A stretch of 64,000 bases of DNA, taken from NCBI GenBank assembly GCA_004431415.1, contig QPMI01000225.1:72151-136150 (forward strand). The letters run 5' to 3'. Source of the DNA: Cyanophora paradoxa CCMP329. Its lineage: Eukaryota > Plantae > Glaucophyta. Below, piece after piece: positions 36,589 to 48,333 of the stretch (the first letter of the stretch is position 1; every line of letters begins with the position of its first letter). The position numbers and the translations under genes are program-made. The notes under the pieces are model-generated. The model ran no database searches, was not told the DNA's origin, and worked only from the letters and a program-made list of their open reading frames with translations.

Positions 36589-37040
36589 TGTCGCGGGCGA
36601 AATCTTAGGCGGCTGCAGCCTTAGAGAATTTGCCGTTCGTAGAGACCCGGGTTCAATTCCGGCAGTTCGCTTCGGCGTACTTAGAGACTCGGGTTCGAAT
36701 CCAGCGGCTCGCTTTTCATATGTCTGAGCCGTCTGACCGGATCATATGATCTGATCATGAGAGCTTCGGACGACAGCGTGAGGGCTTCAAGAGCCCGGCG
36801 CGTGCGTGTCACAGTGTTGAGAGGGATTTTGTCATTCCCGGAGATCGGCCTAGTAGAGAGACTAGAGTAGTGAAACTCTAGATCTGTCGGATCAAATCTA
36901 CGAGTACTGTTATACTGCTGAACCTGCATCACGCTGGGGCCGGTCTTGCACTCACTGCAGGTCAGAGTCACTCTATAACCTGTTGTCTAGAATCCCGTGC
37001 CACCCCTAGGGCACCGGAATGGGGGATTTCTAGCTCAACA
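36589..37040 (+). repeat. 3' LTR (452 bp)
   Basis: Same as the 5' LTR plus CACAGTGT (36810-36817) and AGATCT (36880-36885). Confidence 0.95.
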
Positions 37041-37329
37041 AGGTCGCGATCGAGCACGAGGACTATAGCTAGTATTGAAACTAACTCTAGAATATTATTT
37101 CCTAGCTAGCTACAGCTATAATAAAGTAGCTATAGTACAGTATATTGCATTTGCTTGCAATTGTATACATGTACATGTACATGTACAGATCAATACGTAA
37201 TTTCAACAATAACGAAGTTACCGCTCTTTCACATTTCATCTCTCGAGCTCCCTCTGCCAGGCTACCCTTGCATTTGAGCTTTCGATATTAATCATTGATT
37301 TAACGTTAATGTTATAATTAATATTTATA

Positions 37330-38635
37330 ATTAGTGCGTATTCGTTGCGGGCGGCGGGGGCCTCGACTCAGAGCAAGACTCTGAGAGGGCCGCCCAGGGC
37401 ATGCGCAGGAGGATGCGGGAGGGCCAGCGCCATGGCGGCGCGCGCGGAGGCCTCGACCCCCCCCCCCCCCCTCCGCCTCCACTCCGACGTCGCTGTCCAC
37501 CTCCATGGCCTGCTGCACCTGCCGCCCGCTCGCTTCCCGGCCTCTGCAGGGCGGTGCGAGCGGCGGGGGCGGACCGGGGAGAGGGGCTCGGGAGCGGGGG
37601 GGCGGACCGAGGACGGGGGGGGCGGACCGAGGGCGGGGCGGAGCGTGAGCTGCGGGGAGCGCTGGAGGGCCTCCTGGAGGGCGGCGATGCGCTCGGGGAC
37701 GGGGCGGGGCGGCCCCCCGCGGAGCTCGACCACGAGGGGCGCGAGGGCGCCCAGCGCCGCCAGGCCCTCCACCGCCCGGCCCCCTCCACGCGCCCCCTCG
37801 ACGCCTTGTCAGGGAAGGGCGGGGTGGGGGAGCCGCAAGAGGATGCTCTGAAGAGGCAGCACCAGCAGGGGGCGGTGGAGGGCGTGGAGGGAGGGGAAGG
37901 GGGAAGCCGCGGAGCGCCGCCAGGGCGCCGCCGCAAAGCCGCGCCGAGGCGGCGCGGCGCAGGCTCCGCGCTGCCTCGGGCGGGCCGGCGCAATCGAGGG
38001 CGGGGCGCACTCGCGGAGGGAGCGGGGCGAGGTCGGGCCCGCCCCGAGGACCGCCGCCGCCCCTCGCCCTCGCCCTCCTCGCACCGGTACCGCAACTCGA
38101 GGCGCTCGAGGGCGAGGCCGGCGAGCCCCCTCGCCCCCTCGAGCCCCGCAGCTCGATCCTCAGCTGCCGCCCCTCCCGTGAATACGGAGACAGAGGGCGA
38201 AGGGAGGAGGCGGGCGGACCTCTCTGAGGCGCGGGAGGCAACACGCGAGGGCGCGAGCGGAACTCATTCCGTCATTCAGCTCCGCACGCGGGCGACGACG
38301 CTTGCGTCATTCAGCTCCGCACGCGGGCGCTACGCGAATCCAACGCCGGGCCACGCCAGCAGCTGGCCACGAAGCTTAAGCCGTCGCACCGTCGACGTCC
38401 AGGAGCTCGAGCTCGAGCGCTGCGAGCTGCTCCACGCGCCCTTGACGCGACACCGCGACCTCCACGCGTACGGTGCTCAACTGCACTGCCTCGCGATCGC
38501 GATCGGCCTCCTGGCATGACGCCAGCGGTGGCTCAGCGCGCGCGCCGCCGTGGCGCCGTGATCATGAAGGTCGAGGTGCTCGAGCACGAGCGAGATGATG
38601 CCGTCAGGCAGCTCGTCGAACGGCGCCTCCATCAT
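37330..38635 (-). pseudogene. F-box protein pseudogene
   Basis: Manual translation from the ATG at 38635 gives MMEAPFDELPDGIISLVLEHLDL...AARALSHRWR (F-box consensus), followed by an early stop. Leu-rich fragments lie downstream. Confidence 0.65.
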
Positions 38636-39004
38636 GAGGCTCATGATCATCAGCTGAGATTAATATTCAGCTCACGGCGCCGGCCGCCGCGTCGACGTCG
38701 ACGGTCGACGTCGGGAATCGGGATTTGAGCCTGCAGTTGCAGAGGCTGCCGAAGTTTCATATCTGCAAATTGCGTACCCCACGAAGCTTTCTGCTGCAAA
38801 ATTCTGCAAGCCTCTAGATCTCGACGGGCAGCACTCAGCGAGCGGCTATCTGGTTTTAAGAATATATAGCTAAGAACGCGTTGTTGCCTCTTCAGCACAG
38901 CCCGCTGGCAGCATCTTTCATCAAGTTTCATGCAATATACGGCCCGCAAGCAGTGATGTCCACTCCGGAAGCAGTAACTGCTTGGCCGGAGGGCGAAGAC
39001 AGGC

Positions 39005-40041
39005 ATGCACACTCCTCCCTCAAGACCGTCTTCCCCTCCGTGGTTCGGTGCGCATGATGGACCTCGACCGGCTGCCAAACGCTGAGCCGGCGGCATCAGC
39101 CTGAACGTCGGCGGCATCAAGTACACCACCGCGCTCAGCACGCTGCTCTCCAAACCCGATAGCATGCTCTGCACCATGTTCTCGGGGCGTTTCGAGGTCA
39201 CGAAGGACCCCGAGGGGTGCGAATGGGCCTCCCCCGGCTGCTCGCGGGGGTCGCGGCGTATCGCTGAGCACAGCACAGCTTGTACTTCATCGATCGAGAC
39301 GGGACATACTTCCGTCACATCCTGAACTACCTGCGAGACGGCGTGACCGAGCTGCCCGAGGACCGCATCGCGCAGCGGGAGATCATGCGGGAGGCCGAGT
39401 ACTTCCAGCTGCAAGGCAAGCGCACTCTTAAGCGGAGCGCGAGCCGCGCTAACGCCCCGTTCCAGAGCTCGTGCAGTACATCAAATCCGACCTCTACCCG
39501 CGCGTGAAGACGCAGCACCTGGCGCTCTACATGATGCCGACCGAGAACGAGGGGCCGCACTTGCTTATAGGCCCTGCAGAGTACCAGGCCGTCTGCGATA
39601 TTAGCGTGAGTCCGCGCCGCAGCGCCAATCGCGGGGAAAGCCGACGTGTCGCTTGCAGGGGCGAACCGGCCCGGCGGCGCTGGAGGTCCAGCACAGCCAC
39701 CACAGACCCGTGAACGGGCGCTGCGCTTGCTTTCCAGAGAATTACAACAACATCGTCGCGTTCGGCAAGGACGGGCACTGGTGCGGCGCGCCCGTCCCGC
39801 GCGGCGTGCGCCGAGCCGAGCGCCGACGCCCGCGCCCGCCGCCCGCCCCAGGTTCATAAACGGGCACCTGCCGCTTCTGGATATCCTGAGGATTCTGGAG
39901 CGGTACGGGTGGTCCATACGGAGCAGCGCCACACACACGGCGATAAACAGGAGCGACACGTCGTTCACCGAGTACATCCTGACGCGGCTCGCGCCCTTCG
40001 TGCGTGCCCCCGTGCCCCCCTCGTTCCCGCCGACGCGATGA
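39005..40041 (+). CDS. KCTD-type BTB/POZ domain protein
   Basis: LNVGGIKYTTALSTLLSKPDSMLCTMFSGR and YFIDRDGTYFRHILNYLRDG...EAEYFQL. The first exon and start are uncertain. Confidence 0.9.
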
Positions 40042-40779
40042 CGTCTCCCGCAGTGAACAGAGTTTCCGCGCCGTGGCGCTGCTGTCGACGTGGGAGACGG
40101 GCTGCGCTTCGGCCTGTTCGCCTCGCGACGGGGCTTTTGCGGCCGATCATGCTTTCCGGACGAAGATGATCTTATCAGCATGCGAGTACTTCAGGCACAT
40201 TTCATTAGCAGAGCGTTGAGTTGGTAGCCTAGTAGCTAGCTAGCACCCCAGCGCTAGCAGAGCCCATCAGTATAGGCCATGACGATATGCCATAAGCTGA
40301 ATGCAGTCGCCGTTGGAAGTTCAGATAAGTAATGAGCTGCAGACGGCGGCCCAGCGGCGCTCCATCCCTGCTGCGCGTGCATGTGCCACGGTGTCCGAAT
40401 CCGATCATGCATACGCATATGATGATCAACTTGCAATTGCAATTGGCAACCGGTCCGCTCGCGGCCGGGCCGGGCCGGGCCCTCAGGCCTCAGGGACCGT
40501 AGCTGTCTGCGCATGCAGCTTAAGCTTGCCCGAGGCCGCGGCCGTCGCGCCTATCTATAGGCGATCATGCTCATGATCAAGTCGCGTGGGGTGCAAGCTT
40601 AAGGATGATGCAGCGCTGGCGCTAGCTGCAGTGCGCCTATGATCAACTTTTAAATCCCTCGGGGCATGATCACGAACAGGCGTGGCGTGTGTATTCACAA
40701 AGAGTCTACGCTACTGAAATTAGTAATAGTGTAAGATTACAGCATATGTTCGCAGGCAGAGATGCGCCGAGGACGACGA

Positions 40780-41391
40780 CGGGAAGCCCCGCCGCCAAGA
40801 TCCACTCGCCCCTCAGCGCGTCATTGCGGCCCAGCTCTTGTGGCCTCCATCGATTTCTGCAAGCAGGAAGCGGGGTTCAGGTCTCAAAACCGCGAACTTC
40901 GACAGCAGCATGGCCCGCGCCTTCAGTGCTTCGACGAAATTGATCGGAGTGAGCGTCAGCGGGGACTTGCCAGCGCCCCACGCCTTGTCCTGGCTCTTGT
41001 ACACCTCCGGCTTGTCTGAGGCTCAAGCGTAAGCGTGGGGGCCATGGGGACGCCGCTCGAGCAGCCATCTCTTGCTGCCGTTGCCCCCGCGGGCCGCGCA
41101 AGGTTTGCATGCACCGGCATCACTGCAATTCGGATCTGTCAGCTGGCTCACAGTCGCGGCCCATCCTGCGTGACCTCAGCAAAGCGGAGTCCCGCGGTCC
41201 GCGTGCGGCGACGCACGATCGTTCAGGAGCTTGCTGGCGCTGATCGAGTCGAACGCTTCCGGTTCGAAGGCCTGGCTGCTCTGGCTGGAAAACACGTCGC
41301 TCAGGTCGTTCCGTGATCCAGGGCCGGAGCCGCCGCTGTAGCTCATGCCGCCACGTTTCGGCTTGCCTCTCGAACTCCTTCCTTGCTGCAT
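40780..41391 (-). CDS. Possible small unknown gene divergent from the PRRC2-like gene
   Basis: Two plausible coding pieces (MSYSGGSGPGSRNDLSDVFSSQ...; YKSQDKAWGAGKSPLTLTPINFVEALK...) separated by an intron-like gap. No family recognised. Confidence 0.35.
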
Positions 41392-41719
41392 TTTGCGGAC
41401 GATTCAGGTACGTCCCGCTTGGTGCGCGTCCACGGCTGAACCCCTCATACCCCCCCGCCGCAACTCGTCGGCGATCGCGGCACCAGCCGCCGACTCAACC
41501 AGCCGCTAGCGCTGGATCTAATGCAACAGAAGAGCCCGGTAAGCAATCGGAAGCCCTTAGAGTCGGTTGCGAGGGTTTTCTATGGAACCTCGTGTGCTCG
41601 CCGTGCCGCTGGAAACTTCGCCGCGTGGCCGGCGACGCCATTAGATGTCACCTTCATTCAATGTGACGGCCGCGCGATGCAATCGTCGCCGCGGCCGCTG
41701 CTGCGTTTCCCGCCGCTTG

Positions 41720-43648
41720 ATGGCCAAGGCGCTCATTCAGTCGTGTGTCCAGACGCCGGGAGCACCCACGGCAAATGTAGGCGCTGGAAAGCCCAAGTAT
41801 ACTTCCATCAATCTCAATGCGACCTACAAGCCGACTGGCGCCTCGCCCTCGGCCCTGCGGACCACCGTCCCAGGTCTCCTTTCCCGTCTTCGCTCGCCAC
41901 TTCTTCTTCGCCGCAGAATCATTTTCGATCTCATATGGATGTTTTCGTTCGCAGGACCCGGCCACAGCCGCCTGCTCGTTCTTGGAAAAGGACGCGGCCG
42001 CGGTATTGTCACCGTGCCGAAAGTTCTTGCGCCGGGACCCGTGAACCTTCCGAGTTTGAAGAGCGAACACCAAGGCAATGATCCAACGAAACAGCTGGTT
42101 CCTTCTGGCGGCCAGGGCTGGGGCGCCGGGCGTCCAGATGGCGAGGCTTCGCCAATCCCGCCGGGAGGTCCGGCGTCTTCGAGCGGCACTCCCCGCCCTC
42201 CTGGAGATGTCCACCTTGGACCTCCCACCGGGCCCGTTGCCATCGGCACGACGAGCCCCGTCGGCGGGACGTCGGCTGCGCCCTGGGCCCGCGGCAGCGT
42301 CGTCAAGCCAGTCGCAGTGCGCCCTGACCAGCCCGGCTTCGCTCAGGAGCTCGACCGTCCTCAGAGCGCGCCTGTCACCCGTTCTCCTCAGCCCGAACCC
42401 CAGCGCATCAGCCCGGCAGCGATCCCCGCAGCCGGCTCCCCCGCCACCGCGCGCGCCTCGGGCGGCCGCCCAGAGGATTTCCCGCCCTTGGGAAAGGATG
42501 CAGCGAAGCCTGAGCCCGCCCCCGCCCCCGCGTCCAGAAGCCCCTACGGAACGGCGGGACCCAGCTCGCGCCCCGCCAGTGCGTCACCTCGTCGCCTCCT
42601 TCCGGTCGCTGTTGCATTTCTGACCCCGTGAGCAGACGCTCCCAGCGACGCGTGGCGCGAGCGCGCAATGGAGGAGAAGGAGCGCATCGAGATGGAGCGT
42701 GACATGCGGCGGGCGACGGAAGAGCCCGCAGCGAAGTACGCTCGCCCCTCATTCGACGATCGCCGCTTCGACGGTGCGCTCGCGCTCGCGCTCGCTTCGT
42801 TCTGCGGCCGGCCCCGCGCTGACGGCCCGCTGCGCAGACCGCCGGCGCTTCGACGAGTTCGGCGGGCGGGACAGCTGGCGGGACGAGCGGGCCGGCGGCT
42901 ACGGATACCCTCGGGACGCTCGGGACCGCGAGGCGCGAGAGCGCGAGGCCGAGCGGGACTTCTTCCGGCAGCGGGACCAGAACCGAGACCGAGACCGCGA
43001 GCGCGAGCGCGAGTGGGAGCGCGAGCGCGAGCGGCTCCGCGCCGCTGCCGGCGCCGGGGGCGGCGGCTGGGTCATTCCCGGCTTCTCGGCGCCCGCCGGG
43101 GGGCGGGACTCCGCGCACGGCCCCCCGCCGCGCGTCGCGTGGGACGACCGGCGGCCGGGCGCGGAGGCGAGCCCTCCGCCGCGTGACGCGGGGCGGCCGC
43201 CGATCCCCACCAGCGGCCGGAGCTCCATGGAGGCGCGGCCGGCGGCAGCGCCCCTGCCCTCGGCCGGCGGCAGCGGCACCTCCTCCCGCTCGCTCGGCAG
43301 CGCCTCCGCACCGGGCGGCGCGCAGCGGACTTCGATCCCGCGCACAGCGAGCGCGCCCGGCGACGCCAAGGTCTCCGACTGGGCCGCCCAGGAGGGCGAC
43401 GAGGAGATGGACTTCAACAAGCCCCTCATCTTCTCCGATACTGACATGAAGGCGCGTTATTCGCTCTTTGTGTCCTCCCCGCTCCTTTGTCTTGAGCGCC
43501 CTCCGCCGCAGGAGATGGCGTTCGAGCTGGAGCGCAAGCGGAAGGAGGAGGAGCGGGAGCGGGCGCGGCAGGAGGCGCTCCGGCGGGAGCTCGAGATGAA
43601 GGAGCGCGAGCGCAAGCTGAGGGAGCTCGAAGAGCGCGAGAAGTGCGG

Positions 43649-43683
<35 letters not shown>

Positions 43684-46600
43684 GTTGTTCGCGATCGTTC
43701 GGCCCCCACGTTCTCTGCTGAGGCGGTCGCTTCTGCGCAGGCGAGAGAAGGCGCGCAGAGAAGCTGAGGAAAAGGCGCGGCGGGAAGCGGAGGAGAAGGA
43801 GCGGGAACGGGAGCGGCGGCGCCAGGAGGCGGAGGAGCGGAACCGCTGGCTCGAGGAGGAGCGCATGCGCCGCGAGGCCGAGCGTCTGGCATACGAGCGG
43901 GACATCGAGATGCGCCAGCGGGTGCGCCCCCTCTCTTTCGCTTCTTTCCCCTCCTTCCCTCCCTGAGCGCCGGCGGCCAGGCGATGGAGGAGCGCCGGCG
44001 GGCCGAGTTCGAGGCGGAGCGCGTGCGGGAGCTGCAGCGGCGCCAGATGCAGATGGCACAGATGGGCCCGCCCCCCGGCGGGGAGCTCCCCTCCTACGAC
44101 GACTACCGCGGGACGGCGCCGCCGTACGGGCGGGGCGCGCCGTTCACGCGGGAGCGGCCAGCGGCCGGCGAGCGGAAGCTCTACGACCCGCGCGAGGAGG
44201 ACCGCATGCGGGAGCAGCGGGAGCGGGAGGCGCGGGAGGCCCAGATCCGCGCCGCCCGCGAGCGCCAGCTGCGCGAGGCCTGGGAGCGCCGCCAGCGCGA
44301 GGAAGCCGAGCAGGAACGCGAGCAGGCGCCCGCGCCGCAGTACCAGCCGCGCAAGATCCTGCAGCCGACCCGCCCGCAGCCGCCGCCGGTCGAGGTGCCG
44401 GCCGCGGCGGCCGCGCAGCAGCAGCCGTCGCCAGCGGCGCACGGGGAAATCGTCTTCGGCGGGCCGGCCATCTTCACGAGCCCCAAGTCGGACGGCCTGC
44501 TGCCCATCCCAGCCCCTGGCGAGGAGAGGGGCCCCGCGGCGCCGGCCGCTGCCCAGACCCAGGCGACTCAGCCTTCGGCGCAGGCGCAGCAGCAGGCGCA
44601 GCAGGGCCGCGCCACGCCCCGCGAGCGCGACGCCAAGAAGCGCGGGCGGGGGAGCCCGGCCGACGAGCCGGCGCACGGCCTGCGCCCTCAGCAGCCGGGC
44701 CAGGCCCCGCAGCCGCCGGTCCAGCTGCCCCCGCAGCAGCAGCAGCAGCAGCAGCAGGCGCGGACCGCCGGGCGCGGTCGCGGGCGCGGGGCGGAGGCCC
44801 CTCCGGCCCTCGACTCGAGCGCCAGCCCCTTCGAGAAGCACGCGGCCGGCCGCGGGCGCGGACGCGGCGTCCTCGCCTCCCCGCAGGTCCCGCGCAGCCG
44901 CAGCCGGCCGCAGCCGGCCGCGGGCGCGGCCGGGCGTCCCGGCGCCGCAGCCCGCCACGCAGCCGGCCGGCCAGGCGCAGGCGCAGGCGGCTCCTCAGGC
45001 GGGGCGCGGGCGCGGGCGCGGGGTCGCTGCCCCGCGCCGGCGGGCCGCGGCGCTGCTACTCCTCCGCAGGGCAAGCAGTGGGCGCCCAAGAGCCCCTCGG
45101 ACGCCGAGGCCGCCGCAGAGGCGGCGGCAGCCGCGCCCGTCGAGAGCACCACCCGCCGGGCGCCGGTCGCGGCCGCGGCCGCGGCGCCGCCAGCGCTGCC
45201 AAGGGTGTCGGCCGCGGGGGCGCGGGGTCGCCCGTCCCGCCGGCCGCGGCGACCTCGTCCTCGCCCACGCAGGCCCCGGCGGGCCGCGGCCGCGGCCGCG
45301 GCCTCGCACGCCTCTCCGAGGTCTCCGGCGACGCGGCGCCGCAGCCGCAGCCGCAGGCGGCCGCCAAGAGCCTCCAGGCCGCCGCCCGCGGCGCGAACGC
45401 CAAGGGCGCCGGCCGGGGCGGCTTCCTCGCGAGCCCCGCCGGGCGCGGACGCGGCCGCGGGCAGCAGGCGGCGGGGAGCCCCGTGGAGGGCTTGGGCCCG
45501 GGCCCCGCCCCGGCGAGGCGGCGGAAGCCGGGGCGGCGCGCGGGAGGAGGCGGTCTCGGCGAGCGACTCGGCGGGGGCGTCCCGGCGCCGGCGCCGGCTG
45601 CCTCGCCGAGCGCGAGCGCCCCGGCAACCGACGCCGGCGACGCCGCCGACGGCGACGGCGCCTCGTCAAGCTACGCCTCCCCTTCGCCCTCTCCCCAGCC
45701 GCGCGCCGCCGTTCCCGCCGACGGCTCCGCCCCCGCCCCCGCCGCCAAGGACAAGAAGAAGAAGAAAAAGAAGAAGGAAAAGAAGGAGGAGCCGGCGGCG
45801 GCGCCGCCGAAGGACGCGAAGAAGGAGGAGAAGGGCGAGGAGAAGCACAGGCAGCAGCGCGGGCCCACCGCCCAGGCGAGCGTTTCCTCTGTCGCCGCAC
45901 CTCTCCCCGCCCCCCGCCGCTCACTTCTCCCCGGCAGGAGTACGAGGCGCTGGCGAACTCGCTGCAGAGCGGGGTGGTGATGGTCTCCGAGCAGGTCGGC
46001 ATCGAGCACGAGCCCGACTTCGACGACTTCGAGGTGCCCTGCACCCCCCTGCCCCCATCTTCGCCTTCTCCGGCCGACTGGCGTGCCCAGGTGGTCCTGT
46101 CCCGCAAGTCGGCCCTGAAGGAGAAGCGCGAGGCGAAGGAGAAGGAGCACAAGTCGCCGCCGCCGGCCCCCGCCGTCCCGGCCCCCTCCTCGTCCCCGGC
46201 CCAGCAGGCGGCCAAGCCGAAGGCGTCCTCGCCGGGCCCGCAGCCGCCCCTGCCGCAGCACCCGGCGGCGCCGGCCGCCGCCGTCGCCGCCGTTGCAGGG
46301 GAGGGCAAGCGGCAAGAGGGCCCTCGCCGGGCCCGACCCGCCCGGGCCCATCCTGACCCCCTCCAAGGGCGTCGCACAGCCAGCGGCGCCCGCCCGGCCC
46401 CGACCAAGCGCGTCGCCCCACCGCCGCCGCGCCCCCGCCCCCGGGCCGTCCCTCAGCTCTCCCCCGTCCCGGCGCCCGCCCCGTCCCCGCCGCCGTCGTT
46501 GCGGCGAAGGCCGCCGCCGCGGCCGCCGCCGCAGCGGCTGCCACCGGCGCCGCGGTCCTCCCGCTGCCCCGCCGACCCTCGCCCCGCCGCTGCCCCGGCT

Positions 46601-47085
46601 CCGCCTCCCGCGGCGCCCGCGACGCCGCCGGCGCCCGTGTGGGGCAAGGCGGAGGCGGCCAAGCCGCCGGGCCTGCAGCAGATCATGCTGGAGGAGAACC
46701 TCCAGCAGGCGCTGCCCAAGCCGGCCGCGCTCGCCGTCGCGCAGGACGCGGAGGTCAAGCCGGGGCGCGCGGCCAAGGCCGGCGCCGCTGCCGGCGCCAA
46801 GGGCGGTCGCGGCGATCGCCAGCAGGCGCAGCCGCAGCCGCAGCACCAGGGCAAGCGGGGCCAGGCGCAGGCCGGCCAGCAGCCGGCGCAGCCGCAGCAG
46901 GCCGGCAAGCAGGAGCGTGGCGCTCGCGGCCAACGGGGCCCCAAGCTCCCCGAGTGGGCCACGGAGCCTGTCTCTTCGATCCTCGGCGCGGCCGGCGCCC
47001 CCGCCCCGCCGGCTCTCCGGGGGAGGCATCTCCCGCGAGCGCCTCGCCGCCCCCGCCGGCGGCCGCTCCGCCCGCTGGCGGCCGC

Positions 47086-47128
<43 letters not shown>

Positions 47129-47727
47129 CGGCCGGTGGCAGGGCCCCAAGCAGGTCTACGCCCCAAGCGCGGCTCGCCCTCGCCGCCGGCCGACGGCGCC
47201 GCCGCCCCGGCCGCCCCGGCCCCTGCCGCGCAGGGCGGTCTTCTCCCGTCCCCTCCGGCCCCAGCGCTGCCGCCGACCCGCGAGCCCCGGGACCGGCCCG
47301 CAAGGCGCCAGCCCCTGGCCAGTCGGCGGCGGGGCGCCGGCGGACTGGACGGCCGTTCCGGCGGCGCCGTCGGCGGTCGTGGGCGCTGCGTTCCCCACGA
47401 GCGTCGTCGTCGGCACCGTGGCGACTGCGTCGGCCTCGGCGCCCGGTGCCACGGCCTCCTCCTCGCCCGCCGTCCCCTCCCCGCCCGCCTCCGCCGCCTT
47501 CGCCAGCGCGGAGCCGCCGCGGGCGTCCGCCCCCGCCGCCTCCACCCCCGTCGAGACCGCCGCCCCGCCCGCCGCTGCCGCAGCGGCGCAGGCCCCGCGG
47601 CAGGCGCCTGTGTCGCCACCGCAGCAGCAACAGCAGCTGCTGCTGCTGCAACAGCAGCTGCAGCATCAGCAGCTGTCGGCGCCGCGGCAGCAGCAGCGCT
47701 CGATCTCGCCGCAGCAGCAGCCACGCC

Positions 47728-47770
<43 letters not shown>

Positions 47771-48224
47771 GTCGATCCAGCAGCAACTGCAGCAGCAGAT
47801 GCAGGCGGCTGCGCCCGGGTTCATGTTCGTGAGCGCGCCGACCGCGGCGCCGGGCCGCACAGGCGGCTCGAGCGCCGGGGCAGTGGGCGTGCAGCAGGTC
47901 GGCTTCGGGCGGGCAGACCCGGCGACGCGCGCCGTGGGCTCGCGGGCCTCGTACGGGGGGCAGCAGGGGCAGGCGATCTCGCCGCAGGGCCAGCAGGCGC
48001 AGGCCCAGTCCAGCGCCATGCTCTTCGGGGCGGTCGGGAGCCCGCAGCAGTACGCCATCTTCGGGCCCCCGGCCGGCGTCACGGGGTACCCCTTCGGCTC
48101 GGCGAGCGTGGTGCAGGCGGCGCAGGTGCAGCCGCAGGCGGGAGCGCAGCACATGCGCCAGATCTTCTTCGGGCCGAGCCAGTTCCTCGTGCCCGCGAGC
48201 CAGCCGCAGCTCCAGCCGCAACAG

Positions 48225-48256
<32 letters not shown>

Positions 48257-48277
48257 GCAGATGCAGGCGCACGCCGC

Positions 48278-48333
<56 letters not shown>

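Larger units (their letters stand above)
31953..37040 (+). mobile_element. Complete non-autonomous (Gag-only) LTR retrotransposon
   Basis: Two TG...CA direct repeats (31953-32390 and 36589-37040), a 4-bp TSD AGGT (31949-31952 and 37041-37044), a TGG-initiated PBS, and an intronless gag ORF. No recognisable RT or integrase. Confidence 0.93.

Noticed and set aside
39055-39105. Apparent frameshift at the start of the BTB gene
   Set aside because: It can be explained by an intron from an upstream exon, so it is not called a pseudogene or recoding site.
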